From assembly GCF_009914755.1 (NCBI RefSeq), contig NC_060933.1: DNA of 64,000 nucleotides; one strand, written 5' to 3'. The number at the start of each line of letters is the position of its first letter. Position 1 is the stretch's first letter. The stretch comes from the human T2T-CHM13v2.0 reference genome, Homo sapiens. Under the pieces are notes generated by a model. The model saw only the letters and a list, made by a program, of their open reading frames with translations. It was not told the origin of the DNA and did no database searches. This document shows, piece after piece, positions 1 through 13,800 of the stretch. A program made the translations under genes and the position numbers.

Positions 1-1292
1 AGGTAATGGAATCAACACGAGTGCAGGGGAATGGAATGGAATGGAATGCAATGGAATGGAATCATCCGGAATGGAATGGAATGGAATGGAATCAACTCCA
101 TTGCAATGGAATGGAATGGAATGGAATGGAATAGAATGGAATGGAATTAACCCGAATAGAATGGAATGCAATAGAATGGAATGGAACGGAACCGAATGGA
201 GTGGAATGGAATGGAATGGAATCAACCTGAGTGCAGGGGAATGGAATGGAATGGAATGGAATGCAATGGAATGGAATCATCCGGAATGGAATGGAATGGA
301 ATGGAATGGAATCAAACCGAGTGCAGTGGAATGGAGTGAAATGGAATGGAATGGAATGGAAACAACCAGAATGGATTGGAATATAATGGAGTGTAAGGGA
401 ATTGAATAGAATCAAAATGAATGTAATGAAATGGAATGGAACGGAATGAAATGGAATGGAATGGAATGGAATGGAATGGAATGGAATGGAATCAACCCGA
501 GTGGAATGGCATGGAGTGGAATGCAATGGAATGGAATGGAATGGAATGGAATGGTTCGGAATAGAATGGATTGGAACAAAATGGAATGGAATGGAATGGA
601 ATGGAATGGAATCAAGTCGATTGCAGTGGAATAGAATGGAATGGAATGGAACGGATTGGAATGGAATGGAATGGAATGGAATGGAATTAAATGGAATGGA
701 AAGGAATGGAATCAACCAGAGTGGAATGGAAGGGAATGGAATGGAATGGAAACTAATAGAATGGAATCAACCCGAGTGGAATGGAATGAAAAGGACTGGA
801 ATGGAATGGAATGGAATGGAATGGAATGGAATGGAATCAACTCGATTGTAATGGAATGGAATGGAATGGAATGGAATGGAATTAACCTGAATACAATGGA
901 ATGGAATGGAATGGAACGGAATGGAGTGGAATGGAATGGAATCAACCCGAGCGCAGGGGAATGGAATGGAAGGGAATGCAATGGAATGGAATCATCCGGA
1001 ATGGAATGGAATGGAATGGAATGCAAAGCAATGGAATCAACTCGATTGCAATGGAATGGAATGGAATGGAAAGGAATACATTGGAATCAACCCGAGTGGA
1101 ATGGAATGGAAAGGACTGGAATGGAGTGGAATGGAATGGAATGGAATCAACTCGATTGGAATGGAATGGAATGGAATGGAATGGAATGGAATGGAATTAA
1201 CCCGAATAGAATGGAATGGAATGGAATGGAATGGAATGGAATGGAATCAACGCGAGTGCAGGGGAATGGAATGGAATGGAATGGAATGGAAT

Positions 1293-1307
1293 GGAATCTT
1301 CCGGAAT
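1293..1307 (+). promoter_or_regulatory. Perfect heat-shock element nGAAnnTTCnnGAAn (representative of ~17 copies left of the inversion)
   Basis: gGAAt-cTTCc-gGAAt. Further copies start at 2013, 2881, 3261, 4129, 4559, 5274, 5654, 6364, 7207, 9404, 10693, 10913, 11688, 11968, 14206 and 15079. The consensus match is seen directly; occupancy is not shown. Confidence 0.6.
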
Positions 1308-2012
1308 GGAATGGAATGAAATGGAATGGAATGAAAGGCAATGGATTCAACTCGATTGCAATGCAATGGAATAGAATGGAAGGGAATGGAATGGAATGGA
1401 ATGGAATTGAATGGAATGGAATGCCTTCAAACCGAATGGAATGGAAAGGAATGGAATCAACACGAGTGGAAAGGAATGGAATGGAAAGGAATGGAATGGA
1501 ATGGAATGGTACCGAATAGAACGGAATGGAACGAACTGGAATGGAATGGAATGGATTGGAATGGAATGGAATGGAATGGAATGGAATCGTTCCGAGTGGA
1601 ATAGGAGGGAATGTATTCGAGTGGAATGGAAAGGAATGGAATCAACCAGAGTGGAATGGAAGGGAATGGAATGGAATGGAAACTAATAGAATGGAATCAA
1701 CCCGAGTGGAATGGAATGGAAAGGAATGGAATGGAATGGAATGGAATGGAATGGAATGGAATGGAATCAACTCGATTGTAATGGAATGGAATGGAATGGA
1801 ATGGAATGGAATTGAATGGAGTGGAATGGAATGGAATTAACCCGAATACAATGGAATGGAATGGAATGGAACGGAATGGAGTGGAATGGAATGGAATCAA
1901 CCCGAGTGTAATGGAATGGAAAGGACTGGAATGGAGTGGAATGGAATGGAATGCAATGGAATGGAATCAACTCGATTGGAATGGAATGGAATGGAATGCA
2001 ATGCAATGGAAT

Positions 2013-4145
2013 GGAATCTTCCGGAATGGAATGGAATGGAATGGAATGGAATGGAATAAACCCGAGTGCAATGGAATGGAGTGGAATGGAATGGAATGGT
2101 ATGGAACAACCCGAATGGAATGGAATGTAATGGAGAGTAAGGGAGTTGAATAGAATCAATCCGAATGGAATGGAATGGAATGGAACGGTATGGAATTGAA
2201 TGGAATGGAATGGAATGCAATGGAATGGAATCAACCCGAGTGCAATGGAATGGAGAGGAATGGAATGGAATGGAATGGAAACTACCCGAATGGAATGGAA
2301 TGTAATGGAGTGTAAGGGAATTGAATAGAATCAATCCGAATGTAATGGAATGGAATGGAACGGAATGGAATGGAATGGAATGGAATGGAATGGAATGGAA
2401 TGGAATACAATGGAATGGAATCAACCCGAGTGCAATCGAATGGAATCGAATTGAATGGAATGCAATGGAATGGATTCAACTTGAATGGAATGGAAAGAAT
2501 GGAATCAACACGAGTGGAAGGGCATGGATTGGAATGCAATGGAATGGAAACAACCCGAGTACAGGGGAATTAAATGGAATGGAATGCAATGGAATGGAAT
2601 CATCCCTAATGGAATGGAAAGGAATGGAATGGAATGGAATGGAATGGAATGGAATGAAATGGAATGGAATCAACACGATTGCAATCGAATGGAATGGAAT
2701 GGAATTAACCCGAATAGAATGGAATGGAATGGAATGGAACGGAACGGAATGGAATGGAATGGAATGGAATGGAACGGAACGGAACGGAACGGAATGGAAT
2801 GGAATGGAATGGAATGGAATGGAATGGAATGGAATCAACGCGAGTGCAGGGCAATGGAATGGAATGGAATGCAATGGAATGGAATCTTCCGGAATGGAAT
2901 GGAATAGAATGGAATGGAATGGAATGGAATGGAATCAACCCGAGTACAGGGGAATGGAATGGAAGGTAATGCAATGGAAAGGAATCATCCGTAATGGAAT
3001 GGAAAGGAATGGAATGGAATGGAATGGAATGGAATGGAATCAACTCGATTGCAATCGAATGGAATGGAATCGAATTAACCCGAATAGAATGGAATGGAAT
3101 GGAATGGAACGGAACGGAACGGAACGGAATGGAATGGAATGGAATGGAATCGAATGGAATGGAACGGAAAGGAATGGAATGGAATGGAATGGAATGGAAT
3201 GGAATGGAATGGAATCAACGCGAGTGCAGGGGAATGGAATGGAATGGAATGCAATGGAATGGAATCTTCCGGAATGGAATGGAATGGAATGGAATGGAAT
3301 GGAATGGAATAAACCCGAGTGCAATGGAATGGAGTGGAATGGAATGGAATGGAATGGAACAACCCGAATGGAATGGAATGTAATGGAGAGTAAGGGAGTT
3401 GAATAGAGTCAATCCGAATGTAATGGAATGGAATGGAACGGAATGGAATTGAATGGAATGGAATGGAATGCAATGGAATGGAATCAACCCGAGTGCAATA
3501 GAATGGAGAGGAATGGAATGGAATGGAATGGAAACTACCCGAATGGAACGGAATGTAATGGAGTGTAAGGGAATTGAATAGAATCAATCCGAATGTAATG
3601 GAATGGAATGGAACGGAATGGAATGGAATGGAATGGAATGGAATGGAATGGAATGGAATGCAATGGAATGGAATCAACCCGAGTGCAGTCGAATGGAATC
3701 GAATGGAAAGGAATACAATGGAATGGATTCAACTTGAATGGAATGGAAAGAATGGAATCAACACGAGTGGAAGGGCATGGATTGGAATGCAATGGAATGG
3801 AATCAACCCGAGTACAGGGGAATGGAATGGAATGGAATGCAATGGAATGGAATCATCCGTAATGGAATGGAAAGGAATGGAATGGAATGGAATGGAATCA
3901 ACACGATTGCAATCGAATGGAATGGAATGGAATTAACCCAAATAGAATGGAATGGAATGGAATGAAACGGAATGGAATGGAATGGAATGGAATGGAATGT
4001 AATGGAATGGAATGGAACGGAACAGAAAGGAATGGAATGGAATGGAATGGAATGGAATGGAATGGAATGGAATGGAATGGAATCAACGCGAGTGCAGGGG
4101 AATGGCATGGATTGGAATGCAATGGAATGGAATCTTCCGGAATGG
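2013..4145 (+). repeat. Direct duplication at ~1,253-bp offset (~2013-2900 vs ~3261-4145)
   Basis: AAACCCGAGT lies at 2058 and 3311. ORF pairs 2282/3535, 2355/3608 and 2485/3738 are all offset by 1,253 with near-identical translations. Confidence 0.8.
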
Positions 4146-4205
4146 AATGGAATGGAATGGAATGAAATGCAATGGATTCAACTCGATTGCAATGGAATGG
4201 AATAG

Positions 4206-6390
4206 AATGGAATGGAATGGAATGGAATGGGATTAACCCGAATAGAATGCAATGGAATGGAATGGAACGGAGTGGAACGGAATGGAATGGAATGGAATGG
4301 AATGCAAAGCAATGGAATCAACTCGATTGCAATGGAATGGAATGGAATGGAAAGGAATACATTGGAATCAACCCGAGTGGAATGGAATGGAAAGGACTGG
4401 AATGGAGTGGAATGGAATGGAATGGAATCAACTCGATTGGAATGGAATGGAATGGAATGGAATGGAATGGAATTAACCCGAATAGAATGGAATGGAATGG
4501 AATGGAATGGAATCAACGCGAGTGCAGGGGAATGGAATGGAATGGAATGTAATGGAATGGAATCTTCCGGAATGGAATGGAATGGAATGGAATGGAATGA
4601 AAGGCAATGGATTCAACTCGATTGCAATGCAATGGAATAGAATGGAAGGGAATGGAATGGAATGGAATGGAATTGAATGGAATGGAATGCCTTCAAACCG
4701 AATGGAATGGAAAGGAATGGAATCAACACGAGTGGAAAGGAATGGAATGGAAAGGAATGGAATGGAATGGAATGGTACCGAATAGAACGGAATGGAACGA
4801 ACTGGAATGGAATGGAATGGACTGGAATGGAATGGAATGGAATGGAAAGGAATCGTTCCGAGTGGAATAGGAGGGAATGTATTCGAGTGGAATGGAAAGG
4901 AATGGAATCAACCAGAGTGGAATGAAAGGGAATGGAATGGAATGGAAACTAATAGAATGGAATCAACCCGAGTGGAATGGAATGGAAAGGACTGGAATGG
5001 AATGGAATGGAATGGAATGGAATGGAATGGAATCAACTCGATTGTAATGGAATGGAATGGAATGGAATGGAATGGAATGGAATGGAATGGAATGGAATTA
5101 ACCCGAATACAATGGAATGGAATGGAATGGAACGGAATGGAGTGGAATGGAATGGAATCAACCTGAGTGTAATGGAATGGAAAGGACTGGAATGGAGTGG
5201 AATGGAATGGAATGCAATGGAATGGAATCAACTCGATTGGAATGGAATGGAATGGAATGGAATGCAATGGAATGGAATCTTCCGGAATGGAATGGAATGG
5301 AATGGAATGGAATGGAATGGAATGGGATTAACCCGAATAGAATGCAATGGAATGGAATGGAACGGAGTGGAACGGAATGGAATGGAATGGAATGGAATGC
5401 AAAGCAATGGAATCAACTCGATTGCAATGGAATGGAATGGAATGGAAAGGAATACATTGGAATCAACCCGAGTGGAATGGAATGGAAAGGACTGGAATGG
5501 AGTGGAATGGAATGGAATGGAATCAACTCGATTGGAATGGAATGGAATGGAATGGAATGGAATGGAATTAACCCGAATAGAATGGAATGGAATGGAATGG
5601 AATGGAATCAACGCGAGTGCAGGGGAATGGAATGGAATGGAATGTAATGGAATGGAATCTTCCGGAATGGAATGGAATGGAATGGAATGGAATGAAAGGC
5701 AATGGATTCAACTCGATTGCAATGCAATGGAATAGAATGGAAGGGAATGGAATGGAATGGAATGGAATTGAATGGAATGGAATGCCTTCAAACCGAATGG
5801 AATGGAAAGGAATGGAATCAACACGAGTGGAAAGGAATGGAATGGAAAGGAATGGAATGGAATGGAATGGTACCGAATAGAACGGAATGGAACGAACTGG
5901 AATGGAATGGAATGGATTGGAATGGAATGGAATGGAATGGAAAGGAATCGTTCCGAGTGGAATAGGAGGGAATGTATTCGAGTGGAATGGAAAGGAATGG
6001 AATCAACCAGAGTGGAATGAAAGGGAATGGAATGGAATGGAAACTAATAGAATGGAATCAACCCGAGTGGAATGGAATGGAAAGGACTGGAATGGAATGG
6101 AATGGAATGGAATGGAATGGAATGGAATCAACTCGATTGTAATGGAATGGAATGGAATGGAATGGAATGGAATGGAATGGAATGGAATTAACCCGAATAC
6201 AATGGAATGGAATGGAATGGAACGGAATGGAGTGGAATGGAATGGAATCAACCCGAGTGTAATGGAATGGAAAGGACTGGAATGGAGTGGAATGGAATGG
6301 AATGCAATGGAATGGAATCAACTCGATTGGAATGGAATGGAATGGAATGGAATGCAATGGAATGGAATCTTCCGGAATGGAATGGAATGG
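4206..6390 (+). repeat. Recent tandem duplication, period 1,095 bp
   Basis: The private GGGATTAACCCG variant has GATTA at 4231 and 5326. ORF pairs 4252/5347, 4492/5587, 4607/5702 and 4723/5818 have identical translations at offset 1,095. Confidence 0.92.
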
Positions 6391-8106
6391 AATGGAATGG
6401 AATGGAATGGAATAAACCCGAGTGCAATGGAATGGAGTGGAATGGAATGGAATGGTATGGAACAACCCGAATGGAATGGAATGTAATGGAGAGTAAGGGA
6501 GTTGAATAGAATCAATCCGAATGGAATGGAATGGAATGGAACGGAATGGAATTGAATGGAATGGAATGGAATGCAATGGAATGGAATCAACCCGAGTGCA
6601 ATGGAATGGAGAGGAATGGAATGGAATGGAATGGAAACTACCCGAATGGAATGGAATGTAATGGAGTGTAAGGGAATTGAATAGAATCAATCCGAATGTA
6701 ATGGAATGGAATGGAACGGAATGGAATGCAATGGAATGGAATGGGATGGAATGGAATGCAATGGAATGGAATCAACCCGAGTGCAATCGAATGGAATCGA
6801 ATTGAATGGAATGCAATGGAATGGATTCAACTTGAATGGAATGGAAAGAATGGAATCAACACGAGTGGAAGGGCATGGATTGGAATGCAATGGAATGGAA
6901 ACAACCCGAGTACAGGGGAATGGAATGGAATGGAATGCAATGGAATGGAATCATCCGTAATGGAATGGAAAGGAATGGAATGGAATGGAATGGAATGGAA
7001 TGGAATGGAATGGAATCAACACGATTGCAATCGAATGGAATGGAATGGAATTAACCCGAATAGAATGGAATGGAATGGAATGGAACGGAACGGAATGGAA
7101 TGGAATGGAATGGAACGGAACGGAATGGAATGGAATGGAATGGAATGGAATGGAATGGAATCAACGCGAGTGCAGGGGAATGGAATGGAATGGAATGCAA
7201 CGGAATGGAATCTTCCGGAATGGAATGGAATAGAATGGAATGGAATGGAATGGAATGGAATCAACCCGAGTACAGGGGAATGGAATGGAAGGTAATGCAA
7301 TGGAATGGAATCATCCGTAATGGAATGGAAAGGAATGGAATGGAATGGAATGGAATGGTAGGGAATAGAATGGAATGGAACGAATTGTAATGGAATGGAA
7401 TTGAATGGAATGGAATGGAATGGAATGGAATCAACGCGAGTGCAGGGGAATGTAATGGAACGGAATGCAATGGAATGGAATCATCCGGAATGGAATGGAA
7501 TGGAATGGAATGGAATGGAATGGAATCAACCCGAGTGCAATGGAATGGAGTGGAATCGAATGGAATGGAATGGAACAACCCGAATGGAATGGAATGTAAT
7601 GGAGAGTAAGGGAGTTGAATGGAATCAATCGGAATGTAATGGAATGGAATGCAACGGAATGGAATGGAATGGAATGGAATGGAATGGAATGCAAAGGAAT
7701 GGAATCAACCCGAGTGGAATGGCATGGAATGGAATGCAATGGAATGGAATGGAATGGAATCAACTCGAATGGAAAGGAATTGAATGGAATGGAAAGGAAT
7801 GGAATGAAATCAACTCGAGTGGAATGGAATGGAATGGATTGGAATGGATTGCAATGGAATGAAATGGAATGGAATGGAATATAATCAATCATTCCGAGTG
7901 GAATGGAAGGGAATGTAATGGAGTGGAAGGAAGGGAATGGAATCAACCCGATTGGAATGCAAGGCAATGGAATGGAATGGAAAGGAATGGAATGGAATCA
8001 ACTCGATTGCAATGGAATGGAATGGAATGGAATGGAATGGAATGGAATGGAATTAACCGGAATAGAATGGAATGCAATGGAATGGAACGGAATGGAATGG
8101 AATAGA

Positions 8107-10810
8107 AGGTAATGGAATCAACACGAGTGCAGGGGAATGGAATGGAATGGAATGCAATGGAATGGAATCATCCGGAATGGAATGGAATGGAATGGAATCA
8201 ACTCCATTGCAATGGAATAGAATGGAATGGAATGGAATAGAATGGAATGGAATTAACCCGAATAGAATGGAATGCAATAGAATGGAATGGAACGGAACCG
8301 AATGGAGTGGAATGGAATGGAATGGAATCAACCTGAGTGCAGGGGAATGGAATGGAATGGAATGCAATGGAATGGAATCATCCGGAATGGAATGGAATGG
8401 AATGGAATGGAATCAAACCGAGTGCAATGGAATGGAGTGAAATGGAATGGAATGGAATGGAAACAACCAGAATGGATTGGAATATAATGGAGTGTAAGGG
8501 AATTGAATAGAATCAAAATGTATGTAATGAAATGTAATCGAACGGAATGGAATGGAATGGAATGGAATGGAATGGAATGGAATGGAATGGAATCAACCCG
8601 AGTGGAATGGCATGGAATGGAATGCAATGGAATGGAATGGAATGGAATGGAATGGTTCGGAATAGAATGGATTGGAACAAAATGGAATGGAATGGAATGG
8701 AATGGAATGGAATGGAATAGAATGGAATGGAATGGAATCAAGTCGATTGCAGTGGAATAGAATGGAATGGAATGGAACGGATTGGAATGGAATGGAATGG
8801 AATGGAATGGAATTAAATGGAATGGAAAGGAATGGAATCAACCAGAGTGGAATGGAAGGGAATGGAATGGAATGGAAACTAATAGAATAGAATCAACCCG
8901 AGTGGAATGGAATGGAAAGGACTGGAATGGAATGGAATGGAATGGAATGGAATGGAATCAACTCGATTGTAATGGAATGGAATGGAATGGAATGGAATGG
9001 AATTAACCTGAATACAATGGAATGGAATGGAATGGAACGGAATGGAGTGGAATGGAATGGAATCAACCCGAGTGCAGGGGAATGGAATGGAATGGAATGC
9101 AATGGAATGGAATCATCCGGAATGGAATGGAATGGAATGGAATGCAAAGCAATGGAATCAACTCGATTGCAATGGAATGGAATGGAATGGAAAGGAATAC
9201 ATTGGAATCAACCCGAGTGGAATGGAATGGAAAGGACTGGAATGGAGTGGAATGGAATGGAATGGAATCAACTCGATTGGAATGGAATGGAATGGAATGG
9301 AATGGAATGGAATGGAATTAACCCGAATAGAATGGAATGGAATGGAATGGAATGGAATCAACGCGAGTGCAGGGGAATGGAATGGAATGGAATGTAATGG
9401 AATGGAATCTTCCGGAATGGAATGGAATGGAATGGAATGGAATGAAAGGCAATGGATTCAACTCGATTGCAATGCAATGGAATAGAATGGAAGGGAATGG
9501 AATGGAATGGAATGGAATTGAATGGAATGGAATGCCTTCAAACCGAATGGAATGGAAAGGAATGGAATCAACACGAGTGGAAAGGAATGGAATGGAAAGG
9601 AATGGAATGGAATGGAATGGTACCGAATAGAACGGAATGGAACGAACTGGAATGGAATGGAATGGATTGGAATGGAATGGAATGGAATGGAATGGAATCG
9701 TTCCGAGTGGAATAGGAGGGAATGTATTCGAGTGGAATGGAAAGGAATGGAATCAACCAGAGTGGAATGGAAGGGAATGGAATGGAATGGAAACTAATAG
9801 AATGGAATCAACCCGAGTGGAATGGAATGGAAAGGACTGGAATGGAATGGAATGGAGTGGAATGGAATGGAATGGAATGGAATGGAATCAACTCGATTGT
9901 AATGGAATGGAATGGAATGGAATGGAATGGAATGGAATGGAATGGAATGGAATGGAAAGGAATTAACCCGAATACAATGGAATGGAATGGAATGGAACGG
10001 AATGGAGTGGAATGGAATGGAATCAACCCGAGTGTAATGGAATGGAAAGGACTGGAATGGAGTGGAATGGAATGGAATGCAATGGAATGGAATCAACTCG
10101 ATTGGAATGGAATGGAATGGAATGGAATGCAATGGAATGGAATCTTTCGGAATGGAATGGAATGGAATGGAATGGAATGGAATGGAATAAACCCGAGTGC
10201 AATGGAATGGAGTGGAATGGAATGGAATGGTATGGAACAACCCGAATGGAATGGAATGTAATGGAGTGTAAGGGAATTGAATAGAATCAATCCGAATGGA
10301 ATGGAATGGAATGGAACGGAATGGAATGGAATGGAATGGAATGGAATGGAATGGAATGGAATGGAATGCAATGGAATGGAATCAACCCGAGTGCAATCGA
10401 ATGGAATCGAATGGAATGGAATGCAATGGAATGGAATCATCCGTAATCGAATGGAAAGGAATGGAATGGAATGGAATGGAATGGAATGGAATGGAATGGA
10501 ATGGAATGGAATCAACACGATTGCAATCGAATGGAATGGAATGGAATTAACCCGAATAGAATGGAATGGAATGGAATGGAACGGAACGGAATGGAATGGA
10601 ATGGAATGGAATGGAATGGAACGGAATGGAATGGAATGGAATGGAATCAACGCGAGTGCAGGGGAATGGAATGGAATGGAATGCAATGGAATGGAATCTT
10701 CCGGAATGGAATGGAATAGAATGGAATGGAATGGAATGGAATGGAATCAACCCGAGTACAGGGGAATGGAATGGAAGGTAATGCAATGGAATGGAATCAT
10801 CCGTAATGGA
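8107..10810 (+). repeat. Second copy of the block at 1-~3,000 (offset ~8.1 kb)
   Basis: Rare motifs occur in the same order: AGGTAATGGAATCAACACG 1/8107, ATCAAAATG 411/8512, ATGGTTCGG 551/8652, ATCAAGTCG 611/8737, ATTAACCTGA 881/9002, ATGCCTTC 1421/9532. Confidence 0.88.
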
Positions 10811-13800
10811 ATAGAAAGGAATGGAATGGAACGGAATGGAATGGAATGGAACGGAATGGAATGGAATCAACGCGAGTGCAGGGGAATGGAATGGAATGGA
10901 ATGCAATGGAATTGAATCTTCCGGAATGGAATGGAATGGAATGAAATGGACTCAACTCGATTGCAATGGAATGGAATAGAATGGAATGGAATGGAATGGA
11001 ATGGAATTAACCCGAATAAAATGGAATGGATTGGGATGGAACGGAACGGAACGGAATGGAATGGAATGGAATGGAATGGAATGGAATGGTATGGAATGGA
11101 ATGGAATGGTACGGAATAGAATGGAATGGAAAGAATTGGAATGGAATGGAATCGAATGGAATGGAATGGAATGGAATGGAATCAACCCGAGTGCAGGGGA
11201 ATGTAATGGAACGGAATGTAATCGAATGGAATCATCCGGAATGGAATGGAATGGAATGGAATGGAATGGAATGGAATGGAACCAACTCGATTGTGATGGA
11301 ATGGAATGGATTGGAATGGAATGGAATGGAATTAACCCGAATACAATGCAATGGAATGGAATGGAACGGAATGGAGTGGAATGGAATGGAATCAACCCGA
11401 GTGCAGGGGAATGGAATGGAATGGAATGCAATGGAATGGAATCATCCGGAATGGAATGGAAAGGAATGGAATGGAATGGAATGGAATGAACTCGATTGCA
11501 ATCGAATGGAATGGAATGGAATTAACCCGAATAGAATGGAATGGAATGGAATGGAACGGAACGGAATGGAATGGAATGGAATGGAATGGAATGGAACGGA
11601 ACGGAATGGAATGGAATGGAATGGAATGGAATGGAATGGAATCAACGCGAGTGCAGGGGAATGGAATGGAATGGAATGCAATGGAATGGAATCTTCCGGA
11701 ATGAAATGGAATGGAATGGAATGGAATGGAATGGAATGGAATCAACTCGATTGCAATCGAATGGAATGGAATGGAATTAACTCGAATAGAATGGAATGGA
11801 ATGGAATGGAACGGAACGTAATGGAATGGAATGGAATGGAACGGAACGGAATGGAATGGAATGGAATTTAATGGATCGGAACGGAATGGAATGGAATGGA
11901 ATGGAATGGAATGGAATGGAATCAACGCGAGTGCAGGAGAATGGAATGGAATGGAATGAAATGGAATGGAATCTTCCGGAATGGAATGGAATGGAATGGA
12001 ATGGAATGAAATGCAATGGGTTCAACTCGATTGCAATGGAATGGAATAGAATGGAATGGAATGGAATGGAATGGAATTAATTCGAATAGAATGGAATGGA
12101 ATGGAATGGAACGGAATGGAACGGAATGGAATGGAATGGAATGGTATGGAATGGAATGGAATGGTACGGAATAGAATGGAATGGAACGAATTGTAATGCA
12201 ATGGAATTGAATGGAATGGAATGGAATGGAATGGAATCAAGGCGAGTTTAGGGGAATGTAATGGAACGGAATGCAATGGAATGGAATCATCCGGAATGGA
12301 ATGGAATGGAATGGAATGGAATGGAATGGAATCAACCCGAGTGCAATGGAATGGAGTGGAATGGAATGGAATGGAATGGAACAACCCGAATGGAATGGAA
12401 TGTAATGGAGAGTAAGGGAGTTGAATAGAATCAATCCGAAAGTAATGGAATGGAATGCAACGGAATGGAATGGAATGGAATGGAATGGAATGGAATGGAA
12501 TGGAATGCAATGGAATGGAATCAACCCGAGTACAATGGAATGGAATGGAATGGAATGGAATGGAATGGAATGGAATGGAATGATACGGAATAGAATGGAA
12601 TGGAACGAAATGGAATGGAATGGAATGGAATGGAATGGAATGGAATCGTTCCGAGTGGAATAGGAGGGAATGTATTCGAGTGGAATAGAAAGGAATGGAA
12701 TCAACCAGAGTGGAATGGAAGGGAATGGAATGGAATGGAAACTAATAGAATGGAATCAACCCGAGTGGAATGGAATGGAAAGGACTGGAATGGAATGGAA
12801 TGGAATGGAATTGAATGGAATGGAATCAACTCGATTGTAATGGAATGAAACGGAATGGAATGGAATGGAATGGAATGGAATTAACCCGAATAAAATGGAA
12901 TGGAATGGAATGGAACGGAATGGAGTGGAATGGAATGGAATCAACCCGAGTGCTGGGGAATGGAAAGGAATGGAATGCAATGGAATGGAATCATCCGGAA
13001 AGGAATGGAATGGAATGGAATGCAAAGCAATGGAATCAACTCGATTGCAATGGAATGGAATGGAATGGAAAGGAATAGAATGGAATCAACCCGAGTGTAA
13101 AGTAATGGAAAGGACTGGAATGGAGTGGAATGGAATGGAATGGAATGGAATGCAATCAACTCGATTGGAATGGAATGGAATGGAATGGAATGGAATGGAA
13201 TTAACCCGAATAGAATAGCATGGAATGGAATGGAACGGAATGGAATGGAATGGAATGGAAAGGAATGGAATGGAATGGAATCAACCCGACTGCAGGGGAA
13301 TGGAATGGAATGGAATGGAATGGAATGGAATCATCCGGAACGGAATGGAATGGAATGGAATGGAATCAACTCGATTGCAATGGAATGGAATGGAATGGAA
13401 TGGAATCGAAAGGAATGGAATGGAATCAACCGGAATAGAATGGAATGGAATGGAATGGAACGGAATGGAATGGAATGGAATGGAATGGAATGGAATGGAA
13501 TGGAATCAACCCGAGTGCAGGGGAATGGAATGGAATGGAATGCAATGGAATGGAATCATCCGGAATGGAATGGAATGGAATGGAATGCAATCAACCTGAT
13601 GCAATGGAATGGAGTGGAATGGAATGGAATGGAATGGAAACATCCAGAATGGAATGGAATGTAATGGAGTGTAAGGGAATTGAATAGAATCAATCCGAAT
13701 GTAATGGAATGGAATGGAATTGAATGAAATGGAATGGAATGGAATGGAATGGAATCAACAAGAATGGAATGGAAAGGAATGGAATCAACCCGAGTGTAAT

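Noticed and set aside
4-14. DUX4-like motif TAATGGAATCA (also ~8110, ~16138)
   Set aside because: It is a loose match only, one substitution away from the common GAATGGAATCA, and rare, so it is expected by chance.
21-30. G-quadruplex potential from GCAGGGGAA motifs
   Set aside because: The G-tracts of three or more are mostly isolated and far apart. I saw no cluster of four.
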